DNA of 63,736 bases, counting the filler, from Diploschistes diacapsis (Eukaryota): assembly GCA_023645945.1 (NCBI GenBank). It is 8 parts of 8 records of this genome, joined end to end, with 100 filler letters (N's around TTAATTAATTAA, not from the genome) between each part and the next. Parts side by side here need not be neighbours in the genome. Positions count along the whole stretch, not along the records: positions 47,929 to 55,793 come from JALAIB010001231.1; positions 55,894 to 63,736 come from JALAIB010001232.1; 6 more parts are not named here. One strand, given 5' to 3'. Positions within the stretch are counted from its first letter, which is position 1. Each line of letters starts with the position of its first letter. Position numbers and translations under genes: made by a program. This document shows positions 52,375 to 63,706 of this stretch, one piece after another. The notes beneath the pieces were generated by a model. The model was given only the letters and a program-made list of their open reading frames with translations, searched no databases and was not told where the DNA came from.

Positions 52375-53657
52375 TCAACGAATACAATTCACCGCCAGAA
52401 AGTTCAGCATCTGGTTGAATGCCAGACCGGCATTATAATGGAAATTGATACTGTGGCCGGTATTGGGAACCAGATAGCTTTGGGAGCCCATTGGCGGCGG
52501 CAGGGTAGAAGGCCGGCTGCACAGCAGCCGCCTGATCGGTCGGACAAGTGCAATCGCCACCACAATAAAAGAAGTCATTCTCACCATCCACAACATCGAC
52601 AGGTCCTGTAAAGCCAGGGGATGGAGTATACACGGAGGCTAAAGTCAAAGACTCGCCGATCGCGTTGGTTTGCCGCGTCTGGAACTGCGCTGCGAAAACT
52701 GGTGGCTAGGTTAGCCCCCAAAATATGAAGGAGATACAAGATATGGAACTTACTTTTGGGATCAAAATATGGCTCTCTGTAAAAGGCAAACTGCACGGAC
52801 TGCGGTACAGGTGCTGGAATGATGTAGCCACTGGCGAGACCGGTAAAGCGTCCTGAAGGATCTGTACTAGCAATCTGCTGTGCTGTTGACGCAACACCGA
52901 TTGGCACGGCGGAGAAGCTAGTCGAGGTACCTGTTAGAATAACAGCATCGAAGTCTCTTGGATACCGTGTTGTTACGCCCTGGGTCAGCGCTGTACCCAG
53001 CGAATGGCCTACCCCCACCACATGTTTGAAGCTCGCGTTGCCGACTTGACCCTCTCGGAGTAGCTGTACGAGCTGGTGCGCTACTTGAACCTGAATAGAA
53101 GCTTGCACCACTTGAATCGGATCCGGATGGTCTGAAAGACCTGTACCGAGGCGATCATATGAAAAGGTTGCATAACCAGCCTCTGCTGCTGCATCGACGT
53201 AACTATATCCTGGACTGAAGTCCCAGTAAGTATGATCTAGCGTACCACCGTGCGTTAGGAGTTGTACAGTCTGCACGTTCTCAGCCCCTTGTTTGGGAAA
53301 ACAGAGCTTTGAATAGATGCCATATTCGCTTGAGACAGTATACGGGCCTTGAGTTATCCTGGTTGCTAAGGTGCTGCAGCTCTGCAAGCTTTCAACGAGG
53401 AATTCGGTCAACGCAGAATTATTGGAAGGCCCGGCATAGTTGAACTTGGTGTTCTCTGCTGTCACGTTCAATCTAATCAGACCTGTCGCGCAGATTGCTT
53501 GGCCACCAGTTGATGGGCCCACTCGAGTGTTAGAAATACCAGCTATGGAGACTGAAGCTGCAAATGCACCGAGAGCAGCACCAGCCGCCGTAATGAATTT
53601 GGCCGCAGAGAAAGGCATATTCAGCAAAGAAGTAAAACCAAAACTAGCATTGGCCAT
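52375..53657 (-). pseudogene. Secreted-type alpha/beta hydrolase, single frameshift near the C-terminus
   Basis: QLLTHGG, YDRLGTGLSDHPDP, nucleophile GVGHSLG, acid GENDFFYC; the His segment (VPNTGHSINFHYNA) is moved out of frame by an extra base at ~52487-52489; one intron ~52701-52754. Confidence 0.75.
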
Positions 53658-53959
53658 GATTGACCTAGATATGACGATATTTCAAGAAAAATGGTCAAAG
53701 AGATGTGACTAGAAGGTTCTAACAAGCCATCCAATGTATTGAGGTACGCACGAGGTGGCTCAAATTTACGCTTACTGTAGTACTGTACTTCTAGACCCCT
53801 TTTCGGATCTATTTCATCCTAGTGCCCTGCCGTACAAGCTTATGTCTTCAACTGCCTTCCAAAACCGGTGAGATAGTTGATCGAAGTTCAGCCTGGTTCG
53901 CGCGGCTTCGATATCAAGTAAAACTTGTGTGCCGCTCCAATAGTCGTTAGATGGTTATC

Positions 53960-55152
53960 ATGGCTGAACAGCATAGCTCGAAAGACGATTACATCTTTAA
54001 ACGGGATGAGCAATCATCCGTTCGGTATATTGGTCTTCCCGTTCCTCTTTCCTAGCTCATAGTCTGATTCATAACTAGATTGAATTACCATTACTGGATC
54101 ATCAAGCATCTATGCGGCTATTTGATTCATCCTTCCATCCCGATACAGAACCCTAACCTCAGGGTTGCTGATATTGGCTCAGGTACCGGGTAAGTGGAAA
54201 GTTGGTGACTTGCAAAGTCAAACAACTCTTGAGATTCCTCAGGATGCTCATGCACGTTGCCATTCTTGTTTACTAATTGATTGCATATTGTATTGAAGGC
54301 TTTTAACGTCCCTGTGAAGGCTTGTAGGCTGATAGACATTAGCATCTGGGCTATATAGGTGGCACAACTGCTTGCGGAGACTGTCCTTATTGATAGCTTC
54401 GATCTATCATCTGAACAGTTTCCGGCTGACGACACTTCCCCAACTAATCTCCATTTTCACATCCACGACGCTTTGCAGCCTTTTCCTAAGGAGCATCTTC
54501 ATCAATATGACATTGTTTCCATTCGCATCTTTCTAACACTAGCGGACTCGAAGAAAGCGCAAAGTCTGTTAAGTAATATTGCTGCCCTTTTAAGTAAGCG
54601 CCATGTTTCATATATAGTTTGTTTGGAAGGCTTTTATGCCAACCTCGTATTAGAGCCAGGAGGATTTCTTCAATGGCTCGAGCCCGACATGCTCACAACG
54701 AAGCCCTGGTGTCCGAAACCAAGCGTCTCGACCGCTGCTATTGAACGAATGATTGGGGTGATGAAGAAGCCTCATCCAGATGCGGAATATAAGTAAGTGC
54801 CTCCGAAGTTCTCAAGGCCACGTGTGTACCGAATGCATCCAAACCTACTTAAGTTTATACTGAGATGATGGTATTACTTCAAGATGGGTCCAAATGCTGC
54901 CACAGCTTTTCTCTTCACACGGTCTTATCGACGTGAAGGAGACTCGTCATCGAATTGCACCAGCATATCGCGGATTCATGTCACAGTGTCAGATCATGAC
55001 CTATGAGGATCTTTGCGGTAAGCTTGAGCAAGCAGGGCACTGTGATATGGCTCGGCATGGACGTTGGGAAATCACGATGCTGAGAAAAGAGACAAGATGG
55101 GGAGCTGCGGCAGGACACAGAGCATGTTTGCGTAGTGGGCAGAATGCCATAA
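53960..55152 (+). pseudogene. SAM-dependent methyltransferase (SirN/LaeA-like), inactivated
   Basis: DYIFKRD..SSVRLNYHYW, GYLIHPSIP, RVADIGSGTGIW, FDLSSEQFP, PGGFLQWLE; in-frame TAG at 54356-54358 and a late frameshift. Confidence 0.82.
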
Positions 55153-55379
55153 GACAGAAGAGGGGACTGCATTGTTGCTGGAAGTTGTTGGGAGTGCAAT
55201 GGAGCGTGTCAGTTATATGTTGGTGGAGAAGAAGGATTGTATTGCTCTGCAAGAGATGTCTGTAAGCGGATTATATACATTCTGTATGACTAATCATGTC
55301 CCCCTGCTCCTGCTCCTTCTCACACTCCCCCTAATTCGATTGCATTGCATCTTCGTATACTCCTTCTAAAAAGTCTGAG

Positions 55380-55793
55380 ATATCCGATGTAGCTTCCTCT
55401 TCGGGGAGCTTCGCCTTAGGCCTGAATCCCAAACGGATTCTCTTTCTTTTATTCTTTTTTATCCTTATTATTTCCCTATCTTCTTTTATCTTTAGACTCT
55501 TATAGCCTTTATTACCGAAATATTTAAATATCGTTTTAACGTTAGAAGGATCCTTTAAGTATATTTAAATAATAATATCTACATTCGATAATATTATATC
55601 AATAGTATTCTATAATATTCTAAAGTTTTTTATATTTTCTTTTTTAATTATTATATTTAGCTTTAAATCGCAATATCTTTTAATTCTAAAAGTTTATTTT
55701 TATTTCGATTAAGATTACGGCGTTTTTAATAAACTAAAAATCGTTAATTAATTTTAAATAAAATATAATCGTAAGCGTTTCTAAGTATTTTAA
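55380..55793. mobile_element. RIP-degraded AT-rich repeat remnant
   Basis: Very AT-rich with residual C/G largely in CpG; located at the contig end. Confidence 0.5.
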
Positions 55794-55893
55794 NNNNNNN
55801 NNNNNNNNNNNNNNNNNNNNNNNNNNNNNNNNNNNNNTTAATTAATTAANNNNNNNNNNNNNNNNNNNNNNNNNNNNNNNNNNNNNNNNNNNN
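55794..55893. other. Artificial contig spacer
   Basis: N44-TTAATTAATTAA-N44. Confidence 0.98.
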
Positions 55894-55913
55894 GAATTAA
55901 TATTTATATTATT

Positions 55914-57754
55914 TGTTGAGCAGATAGGTAGAAGGTATGGCTATAGGCTAGATTTAACTCCATTAGGTTCAGTTTATTTGAACTAGAAAGTTCAGTTCAG
56001 CTGAACTTTTTATCTGTTTTTGTTGAAGTTGGAACTAGATTTAGTTAAGGGTAGTAACGAGGCGCAGCTTAATTTATTTCGTAAGATATAAAGTCTGCGT
56101 AGTAGGATAATTTCGTAATTAAGATCTTTAGATTTTAATATATTTATTACGTTGTTAAACAGGTTATAAGTTTAGATTTATATTTATTTTATTTCATCAT
56201 TTCGTATGATTATATATTAAAAATAAAAAATTCCGGTAATTAATACGATTACGAACGCGGGACCGGTTACGTTGATTTTGGTGGCTTAAATCGAAAAGAT
56301 TCGAAAGCTTAGGATCTAAATTATAAAATTTTAGGGTAAATAGATTTAAAAATAGAAGATATATTATTATAAAAGATCGCGGGACCTTATTACCCTGGCC
56401 AAGGATAGGCTTAAATAAGAAGTATTTAATTCCTAGATTCATCATCTGCTAGGCCAACGAAAAACCTCCGACCCCTTTTTTTCTTTCGATAAGGATCGAA
56501 GTTTAGCTGAACTTTTACGCTGAACCCTATCGATCATTTTGACAACCTTCGAAACCTAGCAGAATCGTTACATTCGCTGCTGGACCTTTTTCGATCCTTC
56601 GTTAATCTTCGATAACTAGTAGTACCGTTATTTACGTTGTTAGATCTAGTCGAAACCCTTCGTTAATCTTCGACAATTAGTAATATTGTTATCTACGCTG
56701 CTAGACCTAGTCGAAACCCTCGACAATTATCGAGAATTTAGTTGAATTTTTGCTGAATCTTTTCGATCTTCCTTAATATCGATATTCAATTCCGCTATCG
56801 TTGAACCTAATCGATATCTCGATAATAATCGATAACCATTTTTATCGCTATTGAACCATCTCGATCCCCGATAATAATTGATATTCAGCTTTTACCGCCG
56901 TTGAATCTAGTCGATTACTTGATAATTATCGAAAGTTCGGTTGAACTAATACTGAACTTATTCGATTAAAAAAAGGTAATAAGATGAAAGATAATCTTGT
57001 ACAATAAGCGGGTTATTCATTCAACAATCACTTGCAGCATTACTACCTGACGAATAGGCTAGCCGACGAATAAAAGAGCTAGCAACATATTCAATCTGTT
57101 AACACAATACAGAAGGTTCAGACAAAGAAAACAAAACCGAACCTAAACCTGAACTCATCGATCAGCTACATCTGCTTAGATACTTAACTCCTATTCGAAG
57201 ACGACGAATCAAAGTTAGGGGGAGAGTTCTTTATTTAAATCACGCTAGAAGGATCAGGTCCTAATCTTCTGTATTTAAGATATATTGTTGCTTTCTGGGT
57301 TGCCGGGATAAAGGGTTATACAGGGCAGGGTTTACGAAAAGGTCGTTGACGGGATTACGACGCTTACGATGCTGTTATATTATTTAAAAGTGTAATATCT
57401 TTTAGGGACAATCGGTTCTAGTCTAAAGATATTTAATTGAATTAACATGTTAAATGACTTCGTCTGTGGGAAAGTGTTAAGCAGGTAGACGAAAGACATA
57501 GCTATAAACTTGGTTTATTTAAAGAAATTTACTGTAAGAATCCGGGAAATTCAGTTCAGATGAACTTACCGAGGTTTACTTTAGTTTAGTTCAACTAAAC
57601 TTTATAAAATCCGATGCAATCATGACTAAACCGATCAGATGTAGTATAAATAATAGGGCTTAACGAGTCCCGTAGGATATAAAAGTCTATATAGTAGGAT
57701 TATTTCCTAAGATAAGACCTCTAGACTTCAATATATTCATTACGTTGTTTAACA
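55914..57754 (+). mobile_element. Short non-coding Ty1/copia-type LTR element, RIP-mutated
   Basis: LTR-like direct repeats 55914-56161 and 57475-57754, both TGTT...AACA and sharing ttcagttcag and a ~65-bp 3' block; 5' LTR followed by GGTTATAAGTTT (a transition-mutated form of the fungal copia GGTTATGAGCCC); purine run GGGAAAG before the 3' LTR. Confidence 0.75.
56596..56960 (+). repeat. 61-bp tandem repeat array inside the LTR element
   Basis: ccttcgttaatcttcga at 56596 and 56657, then ctagtcgaaaccct copies and further degenerate units. Confidence 0.75.
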
Positions 57755-59060
57755 GAATTTATAGCCATATCTTCCGTCTATTTGTTTAATAAAAAATTTT
57801 ATAGACGGAGTTGTTTAGCATATTAGTTTAATTAAATCTTCTGAACTAGGCCGAGTTTATTGATGAAGGCGTTATGTTTCGAATAATATAAAAATTTCTT
57901 ATATTAAGAATAATTCGCTTTTTACATAAGATGTTTTTTATCTCGTTGCTGTTTGTAATCGAATGAGTTCAGTAATGATTTTATTAAACTTATATAAGAT
58001 ATCTTCCCTAAAATCACCTAGTCCGAGTTTGAGCTAACGGAGGCACTACACAGTACGCCTCCCTTTGCAACGCTTTATCCCCGACAAGTATTCAGTGGGA
58101 TCCTTCGTGCTAAGCTGCCATATATGGATTTGGCGGCAGATCAAGGGGAAATTGTTACCTTTGGCATTAATTCGGTATTGTTTCGTTAAGGTTAGACTAC
58201 GGAGTTAGAAAGATATTTAATTATTAGGATGGCGCTATGGTTTCAGAATCTATCCGGTCAAAGGAAACCCCCTATCCTTTTTATTCTTTTGACTTGTACA
58301 CTTCCCTAATTCCTACACCCGCAGATACATCTATGGTATATACGATCAATCCCAGGCTTCTAGGCCTGCGGACATTCTCGCCGCCGTTGCCGCCCGCACC
58401 GCCATCCTCGCCGATCGAGTTGACCGCCGCCAAGCCTGGAATAGCATCGATTTTGATCACTTTTAGGGAGCTTTTAAAAGTTGATCCGAGATTTGCTGGC
58501 AGACGGTAATTGATTCTGGTAGAGACCTGGCAGATGCAGCCATCATAGCAGCAGTATAATACTGTTATAGAGATGTGAATAGCTTCAAAATCTACAAATC
58601 TACGGTTTCCACACCAAATTGTAGTATAAAATCGATTACTAGTAATGTTTTACTGGTATCTGGTGTATGCTATTGGTACTAGCATCAGCCTAACAATTAA
58701 CACCCCCCCTTACACCCGTTAAAAAGGATAAGGGCTATGTCGCTTTAGTAGGCTCCGGAATTGAGCTCGATAGGAGAACAGTCTATCGCGGCTTTACCCC
58801 CAGCGTGAATCATGTTTGGTTTTATAACGCAATCCAACATTGGACGAAGCATAGCCTTTCAGCATGAGGTACGGAATGCTGAGCTCACTTCGAGCTCATG
58901 TTCGGACGGATTACCCTTTTACACAAGTTGGCTTTTGAGGAGAATTTATTCTTGGCTGGGAGGGCGGCCGTTTGGCTTCTTCGATGAAACCTTCTATTAA
59001 GCCCATATCCTTCCGGCGTTGTCGCTTACCTTTCCCACTATCAAAAAACACACATCCGGT

Positions 59061-59993
59061 ATGTCGCCGAAAGGTTCCTCGAACAGCTTGTATCTCGCTA
59101 TTGCCCTCATTCCGACACTTTTATCGGTTCTGTACTTTCGATGGAATGACCCCTCTCCCATGCTCAACCTAAGCAGCATACATCAACTCATCTTCTCACG
59201 AAATAATGAAAGCAGTCTTGGGGGCGGTGGTGGCCTCGGTTTGAACAACCGCACAGAGCCGTCTGCTGTTGAACAGATGCGGGAGAGATACGCGAGGACG
59301 TGTCCGGAGAAAGCATTCCGGACGCGCATCTTTCGCAGGATCCCTTCATCATCTACGTCGAGAGCTTCCTCTCCGCCAACGAGACGGACTATCTCGTGCG
59401 GGTCGCCGAGGGAAAGTACACGAATTCCACGGTCACACACGAAGATGGGGAGAGCCACGTGCTCTCGCAAAACCGCAAGTCGCAGAGCGCCGCCCTGATC
59501 CAGGGAAACGTCAAGTTCGACCAGATGGAGGTATTGCAGGCGGTCAAGTACGGCGTCAGTAGCCGTTTCTGCTCGCATTGGGACTGGGGCGACGACGCGA
59601 ACCCGCGCATTTCCACCTTCTTCGCCTGCCTGGCCTGCGACGCCGTGCCGGGCGTCCGGGGCGGCAGCTGCGAGGGCGGCGCCACACAGTTCACAGCCCT
59701 GATCGATCCCGTCGCTCTGGAGTGGTGCGACGTCGTCGACTGTCCCAATGGCAATGCCACCGGCAATGGCGACCACAAAGACAAAGACAAAGACAAAGAC
59801 GAGGACAGCGACAGACTTCTCAGCGTCCTTTTCAAGCCCATCCCTGGCAACGCCATCTTCTCGTCGAACGTCTTTCCTCAACGGTACGTACGACGAACGG
59901 AACTTGCATGCCGGCATGCCGGTCAAGAAGGGCCAGAAGATAGGCCTTAATGTATGGACTCGCCGGGAGCCGTATAGGGAGGCAGGAGTTTAG
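59061..59993 (+). pseudogene. Prolyl-4-hydroxylase-like 2OG-Fe(II) oxygenase with an N-terminal membrane anchor, frameshifted
   Basis: TM LYLAIALIPTLLSVLYF; SQDPFIIYVESFLSANE, LQAVKY, HWD (HxD), RISTFF, GGATQF, FKPIPGNAIF, LHAGMPVKKGQKIGLNVW; frameshifts at ~59332 and ~59877. Confidence 0.85.
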
Positions 59994-60844
59994 AGGGAGT
60001 TATAGGTTGGCGACGACTCGTCGGCAGGGCAAGGTTTGGGCTGTATTTTATTTTATTTACCTATTTCAGATTAATTTTGATATGGTCAGTCATAATATTT
60101 TTCTTGTACCCAAAATATTCGGCCGCAAAAACTCCCCATTTCGAAGAAAGCAAAAAAAAGCCAGTCACAAGCACGCCCATTAATCCCTATTGACACTCAC
60201 TTCCACGCAAGCATTCCCCAGTATATATTTCGATGAAAAAGTAGCCATGATGGTTTTCACTACTCGCATACCCTATCAACCTGCGAACCCGAGCTGCAAA
60301 CCTTTATCGATACGTGCGTTCGATGCGCGCGCGTCAGTCCGCTTTAGAATTAGGCCCAGGTTGCCAAAACCTGAAATAGAGAATATTCGGTTCCATCCCG
60401 TGGAAGTCGGGAACCCACGACCTTCGAAAAGGTCCACGAGCTGTCGTCTTCACTATTCGACCACCACGCTGCCGAGCTTATAAATTTTTTTTCAATAATG
60501 ATTTGGGGACGAAACAACAACACGAAAGGCGAATAAATCATAATAACGCTCAAATAAAACTATGGACAGTTTCCACACACACATGCATGCATGTAGATAC
60601 GGCCCCTTTTGGGTGTGGAAAGCGTGGATTTTGTTGTAATGGGTTCGATATATGTTCTAATATTTTTCTTCCCTACGCGATTCCGGCTCCTTCTCAATGC
60701 TAGACAATTGATCCGTGACTAATATGCAGTAGGTGAGGACATACCGTGGGCAGAAAGAACGAACACTTGAATAAAAGAAAGGCTCCCATGATGGATCCGC
60801 GCCTTGCCCCCCCCCCATCCTCCAAGTCCAGGCCCGATCCTACA

Positions 60845-62301
60845 TCACTGGTTTATTATTCTTCGACGCCAGCTCCAATGCCGCGTGGGATCATGCAGCA
60901 ATTTCCGACACGTTCTAAATTCGGGGTACGCTTCCATCTCATTGAAAGTCAAAATCTCGGCCGCAAGCCCGGCATACTTTTGGGCCTGGCGAGCATCTCC
61001 GACTGCGTTGTACTCCAGTGCCGCGAGCCGGTATGGAATGTCCAGGAAGGCGTCGAAGCCTTGCCACTGGTATTGCCGGATCAGAGCCCGAGCGTCCTCG
61101 GGAGTGGCGTGAGATTCGGGACTCCAATCTTCAAGCTCGCGCTGTGTTCGGTGGAGCTGTCGGAGGGCCGGGTCTGGGCGGGTCCCTGCTCGACATCGAG
61201 AACAAGAGCAGGTGAATGCAAAGTATAATCTCGTGGTACGTTGGCGATCCGCGAATGGCTTGAAATGAATCTGTCGATCGTCGGGGTAAAAGTCTAGATG
61301 CGTCAGTGCCAAATGAGAATGAAAAGAAGGGTTTAGAAGAGGGGCGGCATTAAAATATACAGGAGAAAGTAATCGCCTTGCCCTTCTTAATATCCCGTGC
61401 CGCCCGCAAAGATGTTCGAAGCGTCAAAGTGTCGGTATGGACTTGCGAACTAGTCAAAAGTCAGTTTGCTGCGAATGGACACCTTGGGAGAAGTAGGGAA
61501 GAGTGGAAATGACTTGGGGGCGCAGGCGTGGTTGAAGTAGGCCAGTTCGGGGAATAAAGAGTAGTGGCTGTGACCTCCGATATCAATTTGGAATCCCCCG
61601 TGAGTATCCATAAACCCGGACAGGAGAAGCTCGGGTCTCTCTTCCGATGTCAAACGGATCAGCAATCGCGAGGTGGCGACAGGGAGCCGCAGGACAGCTG
61701 CTCGCAGAAGCTCTTCACGCTCTGGCGGCGAAAGCGCCGTGGAAGACGAGAGGGACTCTACCACGATAGGGACATTGGAAGCTATTTCATCACCCTTCTT
61801 CAAATCTTGTTTGGCTATTGTGTTTCTGCCCATGGATTCTGTCTTCGGCGTGACGCGAACATTCCCACTAACTAGAAGCCCATCTAGGGCTTTCGAATCC
61901 GTGAACGGTAATAGCGCAGCAAACTCTCGGGCAATTCCTGGAACGGTGATGATGGAAATCCCTCTGCCGCCAGCGTACTCGAGGCTTGTATAAACACAGA
62001 GCTCGCTCCCTATTCCCTCCACAGCTCCCGTACATACTGGTTCATATGACCATGGAACGTATTCAGCTGTATGTCTTGGCCCCCGGCCGGATGCATCATG
62101 TTCAGACGGAGCACCTTCGGCCACAAGATAGGATGGGCCACCCAGGGAACAGGCCAGATCTGCGAACAATGCGATATTTTCAGGCAAGCATTGCCAGGAC
62201 AGACGAGTGGTGGTGTTGTATGAAGGGGAAGCGGCAAAGGAGAGACGAAAAGCGAAAAACGTGGCCAAGAAAACCACCAGATGCGCCGGTAATGGGTACA
62301 T
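60845..62301 (-). CDS. SET-domain methyltransferase (SMYD/Set5-like) with an N-terminal signal peptide
   Basis: ATG 62301 gives MYPLPAHLVVFLATFFAFRLSFA; CVYTS..AGGRGISIIT, AKQDLKKGDEI, LFPELAYFNHACAPN, AARDIKKGKAITFSY, post-SET FTCSCSRC, TPR-like tail ending DPTRHWSWRRR; two introns keep the frame open. Confidence 0.85.
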
Positions 62302-62759
62302 AATATTAAGACAAAGTGAAATTTCAAAAAAAGACCTGTACAGTAGCAAAACTAAGCAACAGCAATATCTCTATATAATTAACATCTCTCACCGGGAAAC
62401 ACACAGGCGCCGGAAGTGCACATTTAATTAATATAACGAATCTCACCCCATCAGCGAGCCACAACCCGGTTTAGCCAGTAATCGTGTCAGGGTGGCCGTT
62501 TCGTGTCACTAACACCAAGGCTCTGCAAGAGACGTCGTAAATGTACGCGTAGATTGACAATACGGGTAGATTCTACTGTAAATCACAAGTAATATCTACG
62601 CTAGGGCAACAAACGTCGTAGATGCCTTTCCTAAAAAAAAACCAGGTGAGTTATGCATCTACTTCTTTTTCGGTAGATTCCGTAGATTTTACGTGTAGGA
62701 TTACAGCCGCATTTTATGCTTTCTTCTACTCTTGTTTCTTTCATCCTTGTCGTAATATT

Positions 62760-63420
62760 TTAGTTTCTAATTGGTTATTTTCTCCTCGACGTTTTATCGA
62801 TACGTTCAATCATAAAGCTTCAAACATATAGAGTTTAGATTAAGAAATCACTACTTATAGTTATTATTTTAATCAATTATTGATTATCGGATTTAAAAAT
62901 AAATACATATAAACATAATATTAGAGCCAGATTATTACCTAAGTAGGTTAATAGTTCTGATTAATTAATAATTAACGGGATCTTGAAAGTTCTAGGAGGT
63001 TCTAGACTCTTCTAAAATCTAATAAAATACATTCGAAGAGTTATTAATAGTAATCGAAGGTTATTCATTAAAAATTATTATTCGAAGGTTTTTTAGATTA
63101 TTGGATTATTAATCTGAATATTGAACCATGGATTACATAAATGTTGAACAATGATGAGTGATTGCATTGTTAGCTGAAGTTGGGCTATCCAACTTCATAC
63201 TCCTTTATACACCAATATTGCCGTAAAAACTCCCCTTGGCTTTTAAAAAAAACCAGCCACATAACATGAATCCCATAAGCACCTATTCCCTCAACTTTTT
63301 GTAACCGTAGCTTTTGTCTATAATTTTTGTTCATAACTTTCGATTGAATATCTTGTCCTTTGAGTATCGAATATCGTATGTTAGAACGGGATGATTAGGC
63401 GTTTTAGGAGTACGTCAGGT
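62760..63420. mobile_element. AT-rich RIP-type repeat remnant
   Basis: AT-rich, no ORF, ttctaga/ttcgaag motifs shared with the 51832-52054 remnant. Confidence 0.4.
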
Positions 63421-63434
63421 TGTTAAACCTAGGG

Positions 63435-63472
63435 TGGCAGCAGTGGGATTCAAACTCCCGACCTTTCACCTT
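63435..63472 (-). other. tRNA 3'-half-like fragment (variable loop, T arm, acceptor strand)
   Basis: Minus strand GGTGAAAGGTCGGGAGTTTGAATCCCACTGCTGCCA resembles a B-box arm; no matching 5' half seen. Confidence 0.35.
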
Positions 63473-63590
63473 TCGATAAAAAGGTCTGTTAGCAGTTTGT
63501 TACAATCCAAGTACCAGACTTGGTACGTCCCAGCTTTGTTGTATATAGGTCAGTTACGGGACGGGGAGTCACGTGACATGCTCACTGCTC

Positions 63591-63706
63591 GCGCTCATTC
63601 TTATAAACGACGAGTAAGCTTTCGTCACCGCTCGATAATCGCGCTTATTCTCATAAACGGCGAGTCTCGAAAGTACTACTCGCTAAACTTATAATAAACG
63701 GCGAGT
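63591..63706 (+). repeat. Three ~40-50-bp spaced repeats ending ATAAACGGCGAGT, probable subterminal repeats of a transposon
   Basis: gcgctcattcttataaacgacgagt / gcgcttattctcataaacggcgagt / ataataaacggcgagt. Confidence 0.65.

Noticed and set aside
56596..56960. CRISPR-like array
   Set aside because: Units are contiguous degenerate tandem copies without unique spacers, in a eukaryotic LTR element, with no cas genes
532..62301. Cryptic peroxisomal isoforms by TGA-CTA stop readthrough
   Set aside because: None of the TGA-terminated genes checked is followed by CTA; the only PTS1 seen is the expected one on Pex8
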